Assembly (NCBI GenBank): GCA_000182565.2
Contig: KQ257465.1
Strand: one strand, 5' to 3'
DNA: 64,000 nt
Source: Spizellomyces punctatus DAOM BR117
Taxonomy: Eukaryota
Made by a program: the position numbers and the translations under genes
The notes under the pieces: generated by a model
Databases searched by the model: none
What the model was told of the DNA's origin: nothing
The model's input: only the letters and a program-made list of their open reading frames with translations
Shown here: positions 34,769 to 44,077 of the stretch, in pieces
How positions within the stretch are numbered: position 1 is the first letter of the stretch
Layout: every line of letters starts with the position of its first letter

Positions 34769-35866
34769 CTATGTGGCAGCATCTTTGCAATAGGCGAGAT
34801 TCTCTGCTTCGTTGTGGTGATGTTGTTTTGACATAAAGGTAGATGCCGCACGCTTCAAATGCCGCTTTCTAATATGCGTAATTTGCACACTACGGAGCAA
34901 ACGGACACCATAGTTCTTGTCTTTGTTGTTCGTTGCTTTGCTCCAGGCATTTTGAATGCAATTGCGAAATGTGTCAATTACAAAAGGTTCCTCCTTGCTG
35001 TTTAAAAAGATGTACTCAGACTCCATACGAAACCTGGTAACAAAGCGAACGAGTTCCTTAGCAACATAGGATGGGTCCACTGACTCCGCAATTTCTGGAA
35101 AATGAGGTGTAGTCATTGATTGCAAAAAAGGTTCATTCAGGTAGCGGTCATTATCTTCTGTATCATTTAGTTTCTTAGCAGATGTTTTTGCAGCGGAGAT
35201 ACGATCTTGCTTTCTGTCATTCCAAAGGATACAAGCATTTCCAGCATTGTCATATACGAAAATATTGTCCTTCTTCCAATTGACACCAGGGTGCTTGAAA
35301 TTTTTCAACGTTCCATAGTTTGCATGGACGTTGTAAAAGTGGGATGTGAAAAGTCCAATTTTTGCATCCTGGAGCGCATAGATCTCATACTTGTTTGGAT
35401 ACGGCTTATCATAGATTTTATTCTGCTCTTCGTTATAGGCTCTCATCATAGCACATTCTGCATCCCAGTCTTCAATGGTACCATCCATTGGGCGTTCTCC
35501 TGTGTCTCCAAGATCTTTGTAAGCCTTCTTCGCATCACGAGCAGCGTTGTAAAGTGGTTTCGTAAGTTCATCATGTTTGCTCTTCTCTAATCCACAGAAA
35601 TCGTGACCTGCATTTCTAATAATGCAGGCTATTAACCCGAGATCTGTAGAGTACGTGTTATGGGTGGGTTCACCATTTTTTGTCTTTGTTGCTGTACGGT
35701 CTTTCACGAGTGACTTCTGAAATGAGATGTCCTGGATTTTCCCTAGGGACGAAAAAGCACCTCTACGCTGATAATCTTGTGCTTTAGCCAAGTCTGTCGC
35801 ATATGATCTTGAGTTCTCATTGAGGAATCCAGCAAGATTGGCGGTATGTAACGGAAAAGTAGCCAT
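34769..35866 (-). CDS. Divergent tyrosine-recombinase-superfamily-like protein (365 aa)
   Basis: EYIFLNSKEEPF, then LLRSVQIT..MSKQHHH..LAYCK resembles the C-terminal R..H..Y box; the first catalytic Arg is not obvious. Confidence 0.5.
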   Translation of the reverse strand: MATFPLHTANLAGFLNENSRSYATDLAKAQDYQRRGAFSSLGKIQDISFQKSLVKDRTATKTKNGEPTHNTYSTDLGLIACIIRNAGHDFCGLEKSKHDELTKPLYNAARDAKKAYKDLGDTGERPMDGTIEDWDAECAMMRAYNEEQNKIYDKPYPNKYEIYALQDAKIGLFTSHFYNVHANYGTLKNFKHPGVNWKKDNIFVYDNAGNACILWNDRKQDRISAAKTSAKKLNDTEDNDRYLNEPFLQSMTTPHFPEIAESVDPSYVAKELVRFVTRFRMESEYIFLNSKEEPFVIDTFRNCIQNAWSKATNNKDKNYGVRLLRSVQITHIRKRHLKRAASTFMSKQHHHNEAENLAYCKDAAT

Positions 35867-35987
35867 GTGGTCTTTGACAGAAGGTGAATAAATTTTTTAC
35901 ACTACAGATAAACCCATATCCTTAGCTCGCTCCTCTTATATAGACATTTTATTTCATGTTTTATCGATAGATTTTCTCCATCAACCT

Positions 35988-36509
35988 ATGCCAGAACATG
36001 TTGTCTTTGATGCCAAATCATCTATTGTAGATAAGATTTTTCCTCTAGTCGAACAACTGTACCGGATTCTTGCCAATGCTTCTGGGAAATCACCCACACC
36101 ACCACCTGATGGTAAGACGATCAATATAATGTTAGCGGAAGACGAACCCGTTTTAAGATCAATGTTTATGAGGTTCTGGAAGAGAGAATCTAATGTTACA
36201 GTATTCACAGCGTCTGATGGTATTGAGGCCGTTGAACTCTTTAAAAAGCAACGATTGAATATCATTTTTGTTGATATCGACATGCCTTACAAAAATGGAG
36301 TGGAAGTAACACGTGAAATAAGACAGTATGAGAGGGACCACAATCTAGATCAAACGCCTATAATAGGAGTGTCTGGATTCACGGAGCGTCAGTACGAGGA
36401 ACAGGCCTTTGCTGCCGGTATGAACAAATTTGTATCAAAAGGAACAGGGTATCAATTGAAAGATATTTACAGAATCGTTGTAGAATACTGTGGAGATCCA
36501 AAGACCTAA
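35988..36509 (+). CDS. Stand-alone response-regulator receiver (REC) domain protein
   Basis: IMLAEDE, FVDIDMP..NG, PIIGVS, AGMNKFVSK; intronless, inside the virus. Confidence 0.92.
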   Translation: MPEHVVFDAKSSIVDKIFPLVEQLYRILANASGKSPTPPPDGKTINIMLAEDEPVLRSMFMRFWKRESNVTVFTASDGIEAVELFKKQRLNIIFVDIDMPYKNGVEVTREIRQYERDHNLDQTPIIGVSGFTERQYEEQAFAAGMNKFVSKGTGYQLKDIYRIVVEYCGDPKT

Positions 36510-36611
36510 CAAAACGGTGGTCACACCTGTTTGTGTATTTTTCGCTGATACAAAAAGACAAAGCAGACTAAAAACTACAATATCGTACATCCGTCCCATG
36601 CTATTCCTTCT

Positions 36612-38636
36612 TTATAGCTTCTTCCCATCCTCCGTCAAAGTAAGCCCCTCCCATAGCGTAGTCGGATTGTCTGTCGTCTTTCCATCGAGGCTATCTACTT
36701 GCTTCAGACGCTGTTTCACAACTTGAAATGAATCCTTGTGATGCTTAAGAAGATAGTCACCTATGTCCTCCTTCCGAGGGTAAGGATTTTCTCCGTATTT
36801 TTTCTCTTGCTTCACCCACGCTTCGTATGCTCTGCGAAAACTATCGGGGTACATCCGCCTTCCCGTCTCCCACTTTACGTACTTTGCCACAAAGCGTCCC
36901 AGAGGATCGAGCTGAGAAGTAAACTCGTTTGTCTTTTCGCTCACTTCATCAGGAACCGGCTGAAGCGATCGTTCTCCGGTTCGGATTTCGACCAGACGAC
37001 GGATGAGGAAACTCATAAACACATCCTTGTATTCTACTATACGTTTCTCCAGTTCCTGTATCCCGACAAACTTCTTTGCATCTTTGCCACCTTTCTTGTT
37101 AGCTTCCTCCTCTGTTCTGCAAAACTCGGACAACATGGGAAACACTTCGAATCGACGAGTGACACCATGAGCGTGGTCGTAGACAATCGGTAACCAGTTC
37201 ATGGCACCCAGAAGAAGAGCGTTCATTTTGAAGGCACCAGTGGTGGTGTCATTAACTTGTCGGGCATTAACCCAGCCATTGATCAGCTTCTTAAATGTGT
37301 CCCCTCGCCATTGCTCATTCTTATTCACTTCGTCCACGCATACGGTAAACTTCCCATCACATCCCTTCAGCTCGCAGTTAGGCCTCGTACTATCAATGTT
37401 CTTACCGAGTTGGCTACTCTGCATGCTGTGCGCTTTCACACTAAAAGTTGCCATTATCAAGTCGATAATGACCGTTTTCCCATTTGCCCCCTCCCCCAAC
37501 AAAATGACCATTTTCTGTGGTTGATTTGCGTCCAGAGTCATACACAAATGATCAAAGAGGTACTCGCGAACCTTCTCAGAGGTGACCATGGTAGAGAAGC
37601 GAGCCATAAGGTAATCGAACCGTTCTTCATTCAGCTCCGACCACCCCTCCCCTTTCACATACTGCTCATCCAGAGCATAACCGAGGTAATCTCTCGTATC
37701 AACACAGTAGTCCGTTTGCTGCCCTGGACGTAGCTTTAACATTTCAAAATCAAAGACACCATTGTCAAAACACAAAATACGCTTCTTTTCTTTCACATGG
37801 TTCAAAAAATCCTCGATGTGTAACTTCGTCTTCATGCTTTGTACAACATTTCTAGAGCTCTTTTTGACAATCATTGTAAAGGCTTCGTCCTCGTCCTCGT
37901 TGAAATAATGCTCCATTGTCACTTGGAAGAGCTCCTCTGCAATCCGGCTAAATTGTTCATCGGTAATAGTTTGATAGCTGTGTACAGCTTTGTTGAATCG
38001 ATACCATTTTCCATGGGTTTTCGACCCGGCATGCACAAACTCTCCCCACCACTGCCTCTCTGCAAAATCAACGATGCACAATTTGAAATTTTGTTCCCAC
38101 TTCTTGTGCCTGTTATTAAAGATCTCGCGACATTTATTTCCAATCTTTCCGGCAGCTTCCTGTAGAGACTCGGGAGGGGTTGTCCTGGGAACATAGGGGA
38201 TGTTGCCTTTGACCATGTTAGGTGCCTGGTTCTCGGGTGCCTTGAGTGTGCTTTCATTAGCTGCTTTGTTCTCCTCGGGTACCTTGAGTGTGGTATCATT
38301 AGCTGCTTTGTTCTCCTCGGGTGCCTTGAGTGTGCTTTCATTAGCTGCTTCGTTCTCCTCGGGTGCTTTGAGGTTGTCCTGCTTGTCATCGCCGCCGAAC
38401 GTGCTTGAACCATATGTTTCGAGATCGAAATCGAGATTCCCAATATCCTCGAGATTCTCAAAACCTAAAATGGGACTTGCTTTTATTTCTGGCTGTGTCT
38501 CGCGTCTTACATGCTTATCTTGTCGCACCCTCTTAGTTTGACGGGAATCGTCCTCATCAGGATCTCTCCTCCTAGTCGACCCTGAACCACGTGTTTTAGA
38601 TGTGTCTGTACTCATGGCGTTCGTTAGTTGTAGCAT
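36612..38636 (-). CDS. D5-like superfamily 3 helicase (no evident primase domain)
   Basis: ILCFDNGVFDF, Walker A GEGANGKT, Walker B VCVDE, Arg finger TRRF; disordered N-terminus. Confidence 0.9.
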   Translation of the reverse strand: MLQLTNAMSTDTSKTRGSGSTRRRDPDEDDSRQTKRVRQDKHVRRETQPEIKASPILGFENLEDIGNLDFDLETYGSSTFGGDDKQDNLKAPEENEAANESTLKAPEENKAANDTTLKVPEENKAANESTLKAPENQAPNMVKGNIPYVPRTTPPESLQEAAGKIGNKCREIFNNRHKKWEQNFKLCIVDFAERQWWGEFVHAGSKTHGKWYRFNKAVHSYQTITDEQFSRIAEELFQVTMEHYFNEDEDEAFTMIVKKSSRNVVQSMKTKLHIEDFLNHVKEKKRILCFDNGVFDFEMLKLRPGQQTDYCVDTRDYLGYALDEQYVKGEGWSELNEERFDYLMARFSTMVTSEKVREYLFDHLCMTLDANQPQKMVILLGEGANGKTVIIDLIMATFSVKAHSMQSSQLGKNIDSTRPNCELKGCDGKFTVCVDEVNKNEQWRGDTFKKLINGWVNARQVNDTTTGAFKMNALLLGAMNWLPIVYDHAHGVTRRFEVFPMLSEFCRTEEEANKKGGKDAKKFVGIQELEKRIVEYKDVFMSFLIRRLVEIRTGERSLQPVPDEVSEKTNEFTSQLDPLGRFVAKYVKWETGRRMYPDSFRRAYEAWVKQEKKYGENPYPRKEDIGDYLLKHHKDSFQVVKQRLKQVDSLDGKTTDNPTTLWEGLTLTEDGKKL
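38234..38372 (-). repeat. 42-bp coding tandem repeat (~3.3 copies of LKAPEENxAANxxT)
   Basis: Visible in both DNA and translation of the helicase N-terminus. Confidence 0.9.
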
Positions 38637-38701
38637 GAGTGTCAGACAAGGGGGCGGGCTTGGCTATATAGACTTCGAGAAGTTGCTATCAATAGAACTC
38701 T

Positions 38702-38875
38702 CTTTCTTTTTCTTATACCTTTTCTTGGCGTACATCGACAGAAATAGTAACAGCCGCTTTCTCAGTTTGCGCTAAGATGCCACATCATATCATCCTTTCT
38801 TTTTCTTATACCTTTTCTTGGCGTAGATCGACAGAAATAGTAACAGCCGCTTTTCTCAGTTTGCGCTAAGACGCC
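38702..38875 (+). repeat. ~80-bp direct duplication upstream of the D5 helicase
   Basis: 38702-38781 and 38795-38875 are nearly identical. Confidence 0.9.
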
Positions 38876-38888
38876 GTTCACCTCCATT

Positions 38889-39400
38889 GGTTACCATCTA
38901 CATAAACGCTCGCACCTCTGTCGGTTACCATCTACATGAATGCTCGCACCTCTGTCGGTTACCATCTACATGAATGCTCGCACCTCTGTCAGTTACCATC
39001 TACATGAATGCTCGCACCTCTGTCAGTTACCATCTACATGAATGCTTGCACCTCTGTCGGTTACCATCTACATGAATGCTCGCACCTCTGTCGGTTACCA
39101 TCTACATGAATGCTCGCACCTCTGTCAGTTACCATCTACATGCGGTGCTAAGCCTGCATTGTAGATAGCTTTGAGCTGGAGTGCATGCCTTATGTAGATG
39201 TTAACCGATGGAGGTGCAAGCATGCATGTAGATGGGTTTGAGCTGGAGTGCATGCCTTATGTAGATGTTAACGATGGAGGTGCAAGCATGCATGTAGATG
39301 GGTTTGAGCTGGAGTGCATGATCTTATGTAGATGTTAACCGATGGAGGTGCAAGCATGCATGTAGCTGGAGTGCATGCCTTATGTAGGGTTTTGAGCTGG
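38889..39400. repeat. Inverted iteron-like arrays: ~8 x 34 bp facing ~3.5 x 67 bp
   Basis: Unit GGTTACCATCTACATGAATGCTCGCACCTCTGTC (38889-39142). The second array contains ATGTAGATGTTAACCGATGGAGGTGCAAGCATGC, a diverged reverse complement of it. Confidence 0.9.
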
Positions 39401-39541
39401 GGACCCATTAGCCTTTGTGCATCGAAATGCACGGGTTTTTAGGGGGTTGTTTACATAAGCACTTGTTGTTGGTTCTCGGGAAAAGCTGCAAATCTTTGTA
39501 CTTTAAAAAAAGGTTATTAAACTTGAAGAAACCTTGAAAGC

Positions 39542-39712
39542 ATGGATTCAAACTGCCGCCAACATGAATGTCTGGGATGTCGAAAAATTATCCCTTGGCT
39601 CAGGTGCCGTCCGAGATGTACCGATTGTTATTTGAAATGGTTAGAGCAGCGCGCTAACCAACTTCCGAGATTTAATATCCTTGCGCCAGATAGTGAAGAT
39701 GAAAGCACGTGA
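39542..39712 (+). CDS. 56-aa zinc-ribbon protein (below the ORF-track cutoff)
   Basis: MDSNCRQHECLGCRKIIPWLRCRPRCTDCYLKWLE..; CxxC-x12-CxxC. Confidence 0.5.
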   Translation: MDSNCRQHECLGCRKIIPWLRCRPRCTDCYLKWLEQRANQLPRFNILAPDSEDEST

Positions 39713-39714
39713 TG

Positions 39715-40095
39715 TCAACTTTCAGTCTCAACCACCCGACAATTTATCAGTGGATTCACGGCTCCTCTGAAGTTGCACTGGTAACCAAGAAGCAACATCG
39801 CCATGATAAAATCACCATTCATCATATATAGTCCGGTTCTTTCTTCTAAGACATGCTTTAAACCATATGATGTGATCTTTGACATACTTCATTGTACCCG
39901 AAACACCTTTGGAATTAGTTGTATCCCCCTTTCAATGTTGGATAAATTGAACATCTTCACATTATCTTCTAAGGTCGGTCTTTCTTTTGACGGCTTTTTC
40001 AATGATGTCCCAGCAAGTTCATTTCCATATTCAGTTAACAATACATTAGCAGGAAGCCTCGAAAGCACATTCTTGATTTCATCTAAGGTTACCAT
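39715..40095 (-). pseudogene. Viral SYGLKH-motif protein with in-frame TGA at 39889-39891
   Basis: ..FRVQ*SMSKITSYGLKHVLEERTGLYMMNGDFIMAMLLLGY.. continues in frame; the motif recalls a family of uncharacterised dsDNA-virus proteins. Confidence 0.55.
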
Positions 40096-40233
40096 TTCGA
40101 TGTTTCTTGTGTGTTTATATAAGCTCCCAGAAAAATAACATTATGTGCGTTTATTGCGTTTCTCTCAATAACTGCAATTATTGCGTTTAGGAGCAGCGAT
40201 AAAAATCTCGACTGACTATCAACAAACCTCATA

Positions 40234-42708
40234 ATGGAATCTCCGTCTAGAGTCTGCAAAAATTTAAAACGCTCTGCCCCCGTGAAGCATGTGGCGGGTG
40301 CAGAAATGAGGCTTACACCTAAAAAGCAAAAAAAAACGGATAATAAAGCGCGCCCAACTGTGGAAGATAACACCCTCAAGGTTGACCTTGACGCTGAGGA
40401 AGATTTCATCACAAAGACTGAACAGGTACATCTTGGCCATCTCAAAAAGTTAGTCAGAATCCAAAAACTCTTCGTTCCGAGTAGCGTTGAAGACTGCAAA
40501 GACAAGGACTACTCAGTGCTGTTAAAATCATACTACAGTAAGGTAGACAAGAATGGCAACTTGTCCGTGACATACCGATTCAAGAACAATGGTCAGTTTG
40601 GACGGCTGTTTGCTAAAGGGATGGCATCCCCATATTTTCCATCTACTGTAAGGGACTTTTTGTTTCCAGATTACATCAATGTTGACATGAGGGCTGCAGT
40701 CTTCACAATCTACCGTCACTACAGCGAGCGCTACAACATCCCCAGTCCTGAACTCTTGCAGTTATTAGAAAAGAGGGATGAGATCTTGCAGAAGAAACAA
40801 CTCACCAAAAAGAAGTTGAACGCTCTCATGAATACAATGACCCCACCTAAGCGTGATAAGTTCCTCATCAATCTTCACGGTTGGATACACAGCAAGTTGC
40901 TGCCTAAACTCAAGGTAGACCCAGAGTACAAGAACTTGTGGATTGCGATCGACAAATCACCGGACGCTGACCCTGTGACTGGGAAGAAGAAGAACAAGGA
41001 TGTGAGTTTCCTTTGCCTGTGCTATCAGACCATAGAACGGCACATCCTTATACACATGTCAGAGTTTTTTGAGAACCGTGGCTGGACGGTTGGCGCTCTG
41101 ATTTACGATGGACTCCTCGTGCAAAAGGATAAAGACAAGATTCTCAATGATGCATTGCTCCGTGAATGTGAGGAGTCGATTTACAACCGCCTCAAGATAC
41201 GGGTCACACTTGCCGAGAAACCCAGGGATATTGATGAAACCTTTCTCAAGAGAAACCATCTCGACCTTGAGGATGTGGACCCGGATAATGATCTTGACGA
41301 CACTGATCTCGATACTGATCTTGACAACCGTGATGTGGTGGATCTGGTGCCAGATGATGAACCCTTGAGCCTCGCAAAATCTGCTAAAATTTTTGGCAAA
41401 GGTACCAATCTGAAAGGTCTGATTCGTTATCTAAACAACTTCTTCACTAAAATAACAGAAGAAGATACTGCATTATACTGCTATCGAGAGAAGCGCAGTG
41501 ATCCTTGGATCTGTCGAACATATAAAAACACCTCGAGCGCTTTATCCCATCTGTTTTTACACTCCATTGATAAAAACGGCAAAGGAGTGATAATTTCCCT
41601 CTTCGACCAGTGGGCAGGCAGCCAAAGAATTATCACATACAAAAAAGTGGTATTCGATCCATCCTACATCGGTGACATACCATTCAAAGAAATCAACCTC
41701 TTCAAGGGCTTCCAGGCAACACTCTTAGATCAGTATGACGAAAAGATAATCGAACCAGTACTTTCCCACATTCGCCAAGTTCTTAACGGCAGTGTTGAGG
41801 AATGTTGGCAATACACAGAAAAGTGGATGGCATCAATTGTGCAGCATCCTCAGATCAAAACCGAAGTGGCCCTTGTCTTCCACGGCTCTCAGGGAACAGG
41901 GAAGAACTTGTTGATGGACAATTTTTTCGGTAGGCTTGTGATCGGTATGAAGCACTTTCTGAACACGAACAATCTCGATGATCTTACCGGTCAATTCACT
42001 GGCCATCTCTCCGCAAAGATTTTCACGATTGGAGATGAAGTTCTGTTTGCCGGTGGTCACAAAACTAACAACATATTGAAATCACGCATCACGCAGAATG
42101 TGCAAAAGATGGAAAAGAAGGGAGTTGATGCAATTACCATTGGCGACTTTAACAACTACAGTTTTCTGTCTAATCACGATGATGCTGTGAAGATCGAAAA
42201 CACCGACCGTAGGTATTTTGTGAAACGTGCTTCAGACATTCATAAAGGAGACACAGAATACTTTGCAACATTTGCGGAAAAGTGTCTGAATCAAGAGACA
42301 GCGGATCACTTTTACACCTATCTGATGCAGATGGATCTCACTGGTTTCAACCTTTGTAAAATACCTGTTACTGAGGAGAAAGCAGAGATGGCCATCTACT
42401 CGATGGACCCACTAGAACTCTTTGTGGATGATCTACTCAACGGCAACATCAGCAAAGGTTTCACGTATGTAGATGGTGAAAGAACACAGGAATGGATGTT
42501 GCCAGGTGAAACATACGAGATGACCATGGATGAGTTGTTTTCACTGTACCAAACATTTCTACAATCTGGCGCAGCCGGTAGGAGATTAGTAGATATGTCT
42601 AAAATGGGATTTAGCAAGAAGATCAGGCGGATGGTACAGATAGCAAACCTATCACACCACAGGCATGGAGGGACGCGGATAGCAGTGAGGATGTCAAAAG
42701 TGAATTAG
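40234..42708 (+). CDS. PolA-derived primase-polymerase (TVpol-like) fused to an SF3/D5-like helicase
   Basis: FGRLF..VRDFL..INVDMRAA (motif A), YQTIER, LIYDGLLV (motif C); C-terminal GSQGTGKN, IGDE, DRRY. Confidence 0.8.
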   Translation: MESPSRVCKNLKRSAPVKHVAGAEMRLTPKKQKKTDNKARPTVEDNTLKVDLDAEEDFITKTEQVHLGHLKKLVRIQKLFVPSSVEDCKDKDYSVLLKSYYSKVDKNGNLSVTYRFKNNGQFGRLFAKGMASPYFPSTVRDFLFPDYINVDMRAAVFTIYRHYSERYNIPSPELLQLLEKRDEILQKKQLTKKKLNALMNTMTPPKRDKFLINLHGWIHSKLLPKLKVDPEYKNLWIAIDKSPDADPVTGKKKNKDVSFLCLCYQTIERHILIHMSEFFENRGWTVGALIYDGLLVQKDKDKILNDALLRECEESIYNRLKIRVTLAEKPRDIDETFLKRNHLDLEDVDPDNDLDDTDLDTDLDNRDVVDLVPDDEPLSLAKSAKIFGKGTNLKGLIRYLNNFFTKITEEDTALYCYREKRSDPWICRTYKNTSSALSHLFLHSIDKNGKGVIISLFDQWAGSQRIITYKKVVFDPSYIGDIPFKEINLFKGFQATLLDQYDEKIIEPVLSHIRQVLNGSVEECWQYTEKWMASIVQHPQIKTEVALVFHGSQGTGKNLLMDNFFGRLVIGMKHFLNTNNLDDLTGQFTGHLSAKIFTIGDEVLFAGGHKTNNILKSRITQNVQKMEKKGVDAITIGDFNNYSFLSNHDDAVKIENTDRRYFVKRASDIHKGDTEYFATFAEKCLNQETADHFYTYLMQMDLTGFNLCKIPVTEEKAEMAIYSMDPLELFVDDLLNGNISKGFTYVDGERTQEWMLPGETYEMTMDELFSLYQTFLQSGAAGRRLVDMSKMGFSKKIRRMVQIANLSHHRHGGTRIAVRMSKVN

Positions 42709-44072
42709 ACAAATGCACACTTGCACATTTAGAAATGGAAATGTGTAGGAAGTGTGCGACTAGGTGATTGTAGATAATATCAGAAATGATTAGCTAGTCT
42801 TCCATTGTTCTCTAGTGAAAGTCGGAAAGAAATCAATGAAGAATGGTCTACATGCACACTTGCACACTTGCACACTTAGTTTTCAGGTTCTTTGAGAGAG
42901 AAATTGAGGACATACTAATAATAATATTAGTATTAAGTAACTTTTTCCCTAAAGCAACCCAAATGGAAGTGTGTAAGTGTGCAAGTGTGCACGGCTCTAC
43001 ATCCTGCTCTACATAATTAAATGCACACTTACAAATGCTCTACTATGCATGAAGGGCAAAAAAATCAACACTTTGTCGATGAGAGATCGAACATGTTATA
43101 TCGATAGGATGAGAGGACTAGTGAACCATCTTATCGATAAGATGGGAGAGTTCCTTATCCGTTTATAAAAGAGGGTCGCCGGTCCCGCCAGTCCCCCCAG
43201 CTCGAAGCCTTCTTTTCAAAAACGATTCCATATACAACAATTAACAATGGACTATGCGAATGATTGTGTGCTGGTGCCGAGATGGATATTGGAACGGTTG
43301 CTTTCAGGGAACAATGGACACCAAAGTCTAGAGCAAATCTGCATGGATTGTGGAAGGAGGTTTCAATTGCGAAGAATTGGACAGAAAGGATACAAGTTTC
43401 GATGCTATCCTTGTTGGAAGAGATATGTGGAGAGACGAGTCCACAGACGAGTCCACAAGCTACGATGTCGAAGGCTGAGAGATGGAGTCCCAAGATGAAG
43501 TGATATCATGGAGTCTTGAGAAGAAGCGAATGTCAAGTTAGAACCAGTGTTGACTTTGAATTAGGTGGAGTTTGGACACGTGAAATATTAGATGCGTAAA
43601 ATTTGACGTGTAAGTGCACTATACCGCATATCATCCCTTCATCAATAGTCCCGGACTTGGACAAACACCTTGGACGACTCGAAACACTTTGAAACACTCC
43701 AATGCATTGGGCAAACACCTTGGAAGACTCGAAACACTTTGAAACACTCCAATGCATTGGGCAAACACCTTGGAAGACTCGAAACACTTTGAAACACTCC
43801 AATGCATTGGGCAAACACTTCCGTACTATGGGTTTTGGTACATTCTTCCGTACTATGGGTTTTGGTACATTCTTCCGTACTATGGGTTTTGGTACATTCT
43901 TCCGTACTATGGGTTTTGGTACATTCTTCCGTACTATGGGTTTTGGTACATTCTTCCGTACTATGGGTTTTGGTACATTCTTCCGTACTATGGGTTTTGG
44001 TACAGTGAAGCTGACTATGGGCACTGTGGTAGTGCATGCCTGTGGTATATACCACAGGCATGCACTACCACA
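42622..44072 (-). repeat. Right viral TIR (1451 bp), ending in the 48-bp palindrome 44025-44072
   Basis: Mirror of 19628-21052; includes the last ~29 codons of the TVpol-helicase ORF. Confidence 0.95.
43247..43498 (+). CDS. TIR-encoded 83-aa zinc-ribbon protein (right copy)
   Basis: Same as the left copy except Ala/Val4 and Arg/Trp17. Confidence 0.5.
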   Translation: MDYANDCVLVPRWILERLLSGNNGHQSLEQICMDCGRRFQLRRIGQKGYKFRCYPCWKRYVERRVHRRVHKLRCRRLRDGVPR

Positions 44073-44077
44073 CCGCC

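Larger units (their letters stand above)
19628..44072. mobile_element. Endogenous Polinton-like dsDNA virus (24,445 bp) lacking a recognisable pPolB
   Basis: TG..CA termini; CCGCC duplicated at 19623-19627 and 44073-44077; ~1.43-kb TIRs; dense intronless genes for capsid, ATPase, integrase and helicases. Removing it restores the Fanzor reading frame YTA|NQR. Confidence 0.93.

Noticed and set aside
38889-39400. 34-bp repeats as a CRISPR array
   Set aside because: Head-to-tail units without spacers.
23105-39891. TGA reassigned as a sense codon in the virus
   Set aside because: TGA ends other viral genes such as the capsid gene, and CpG decay explains both internal stops.
19628-44072. Canonical Maverick/Polinton
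   Set aside because: No pPolB or cysteine protease recognised; ends are TG..CA with a 5-bp TSD.
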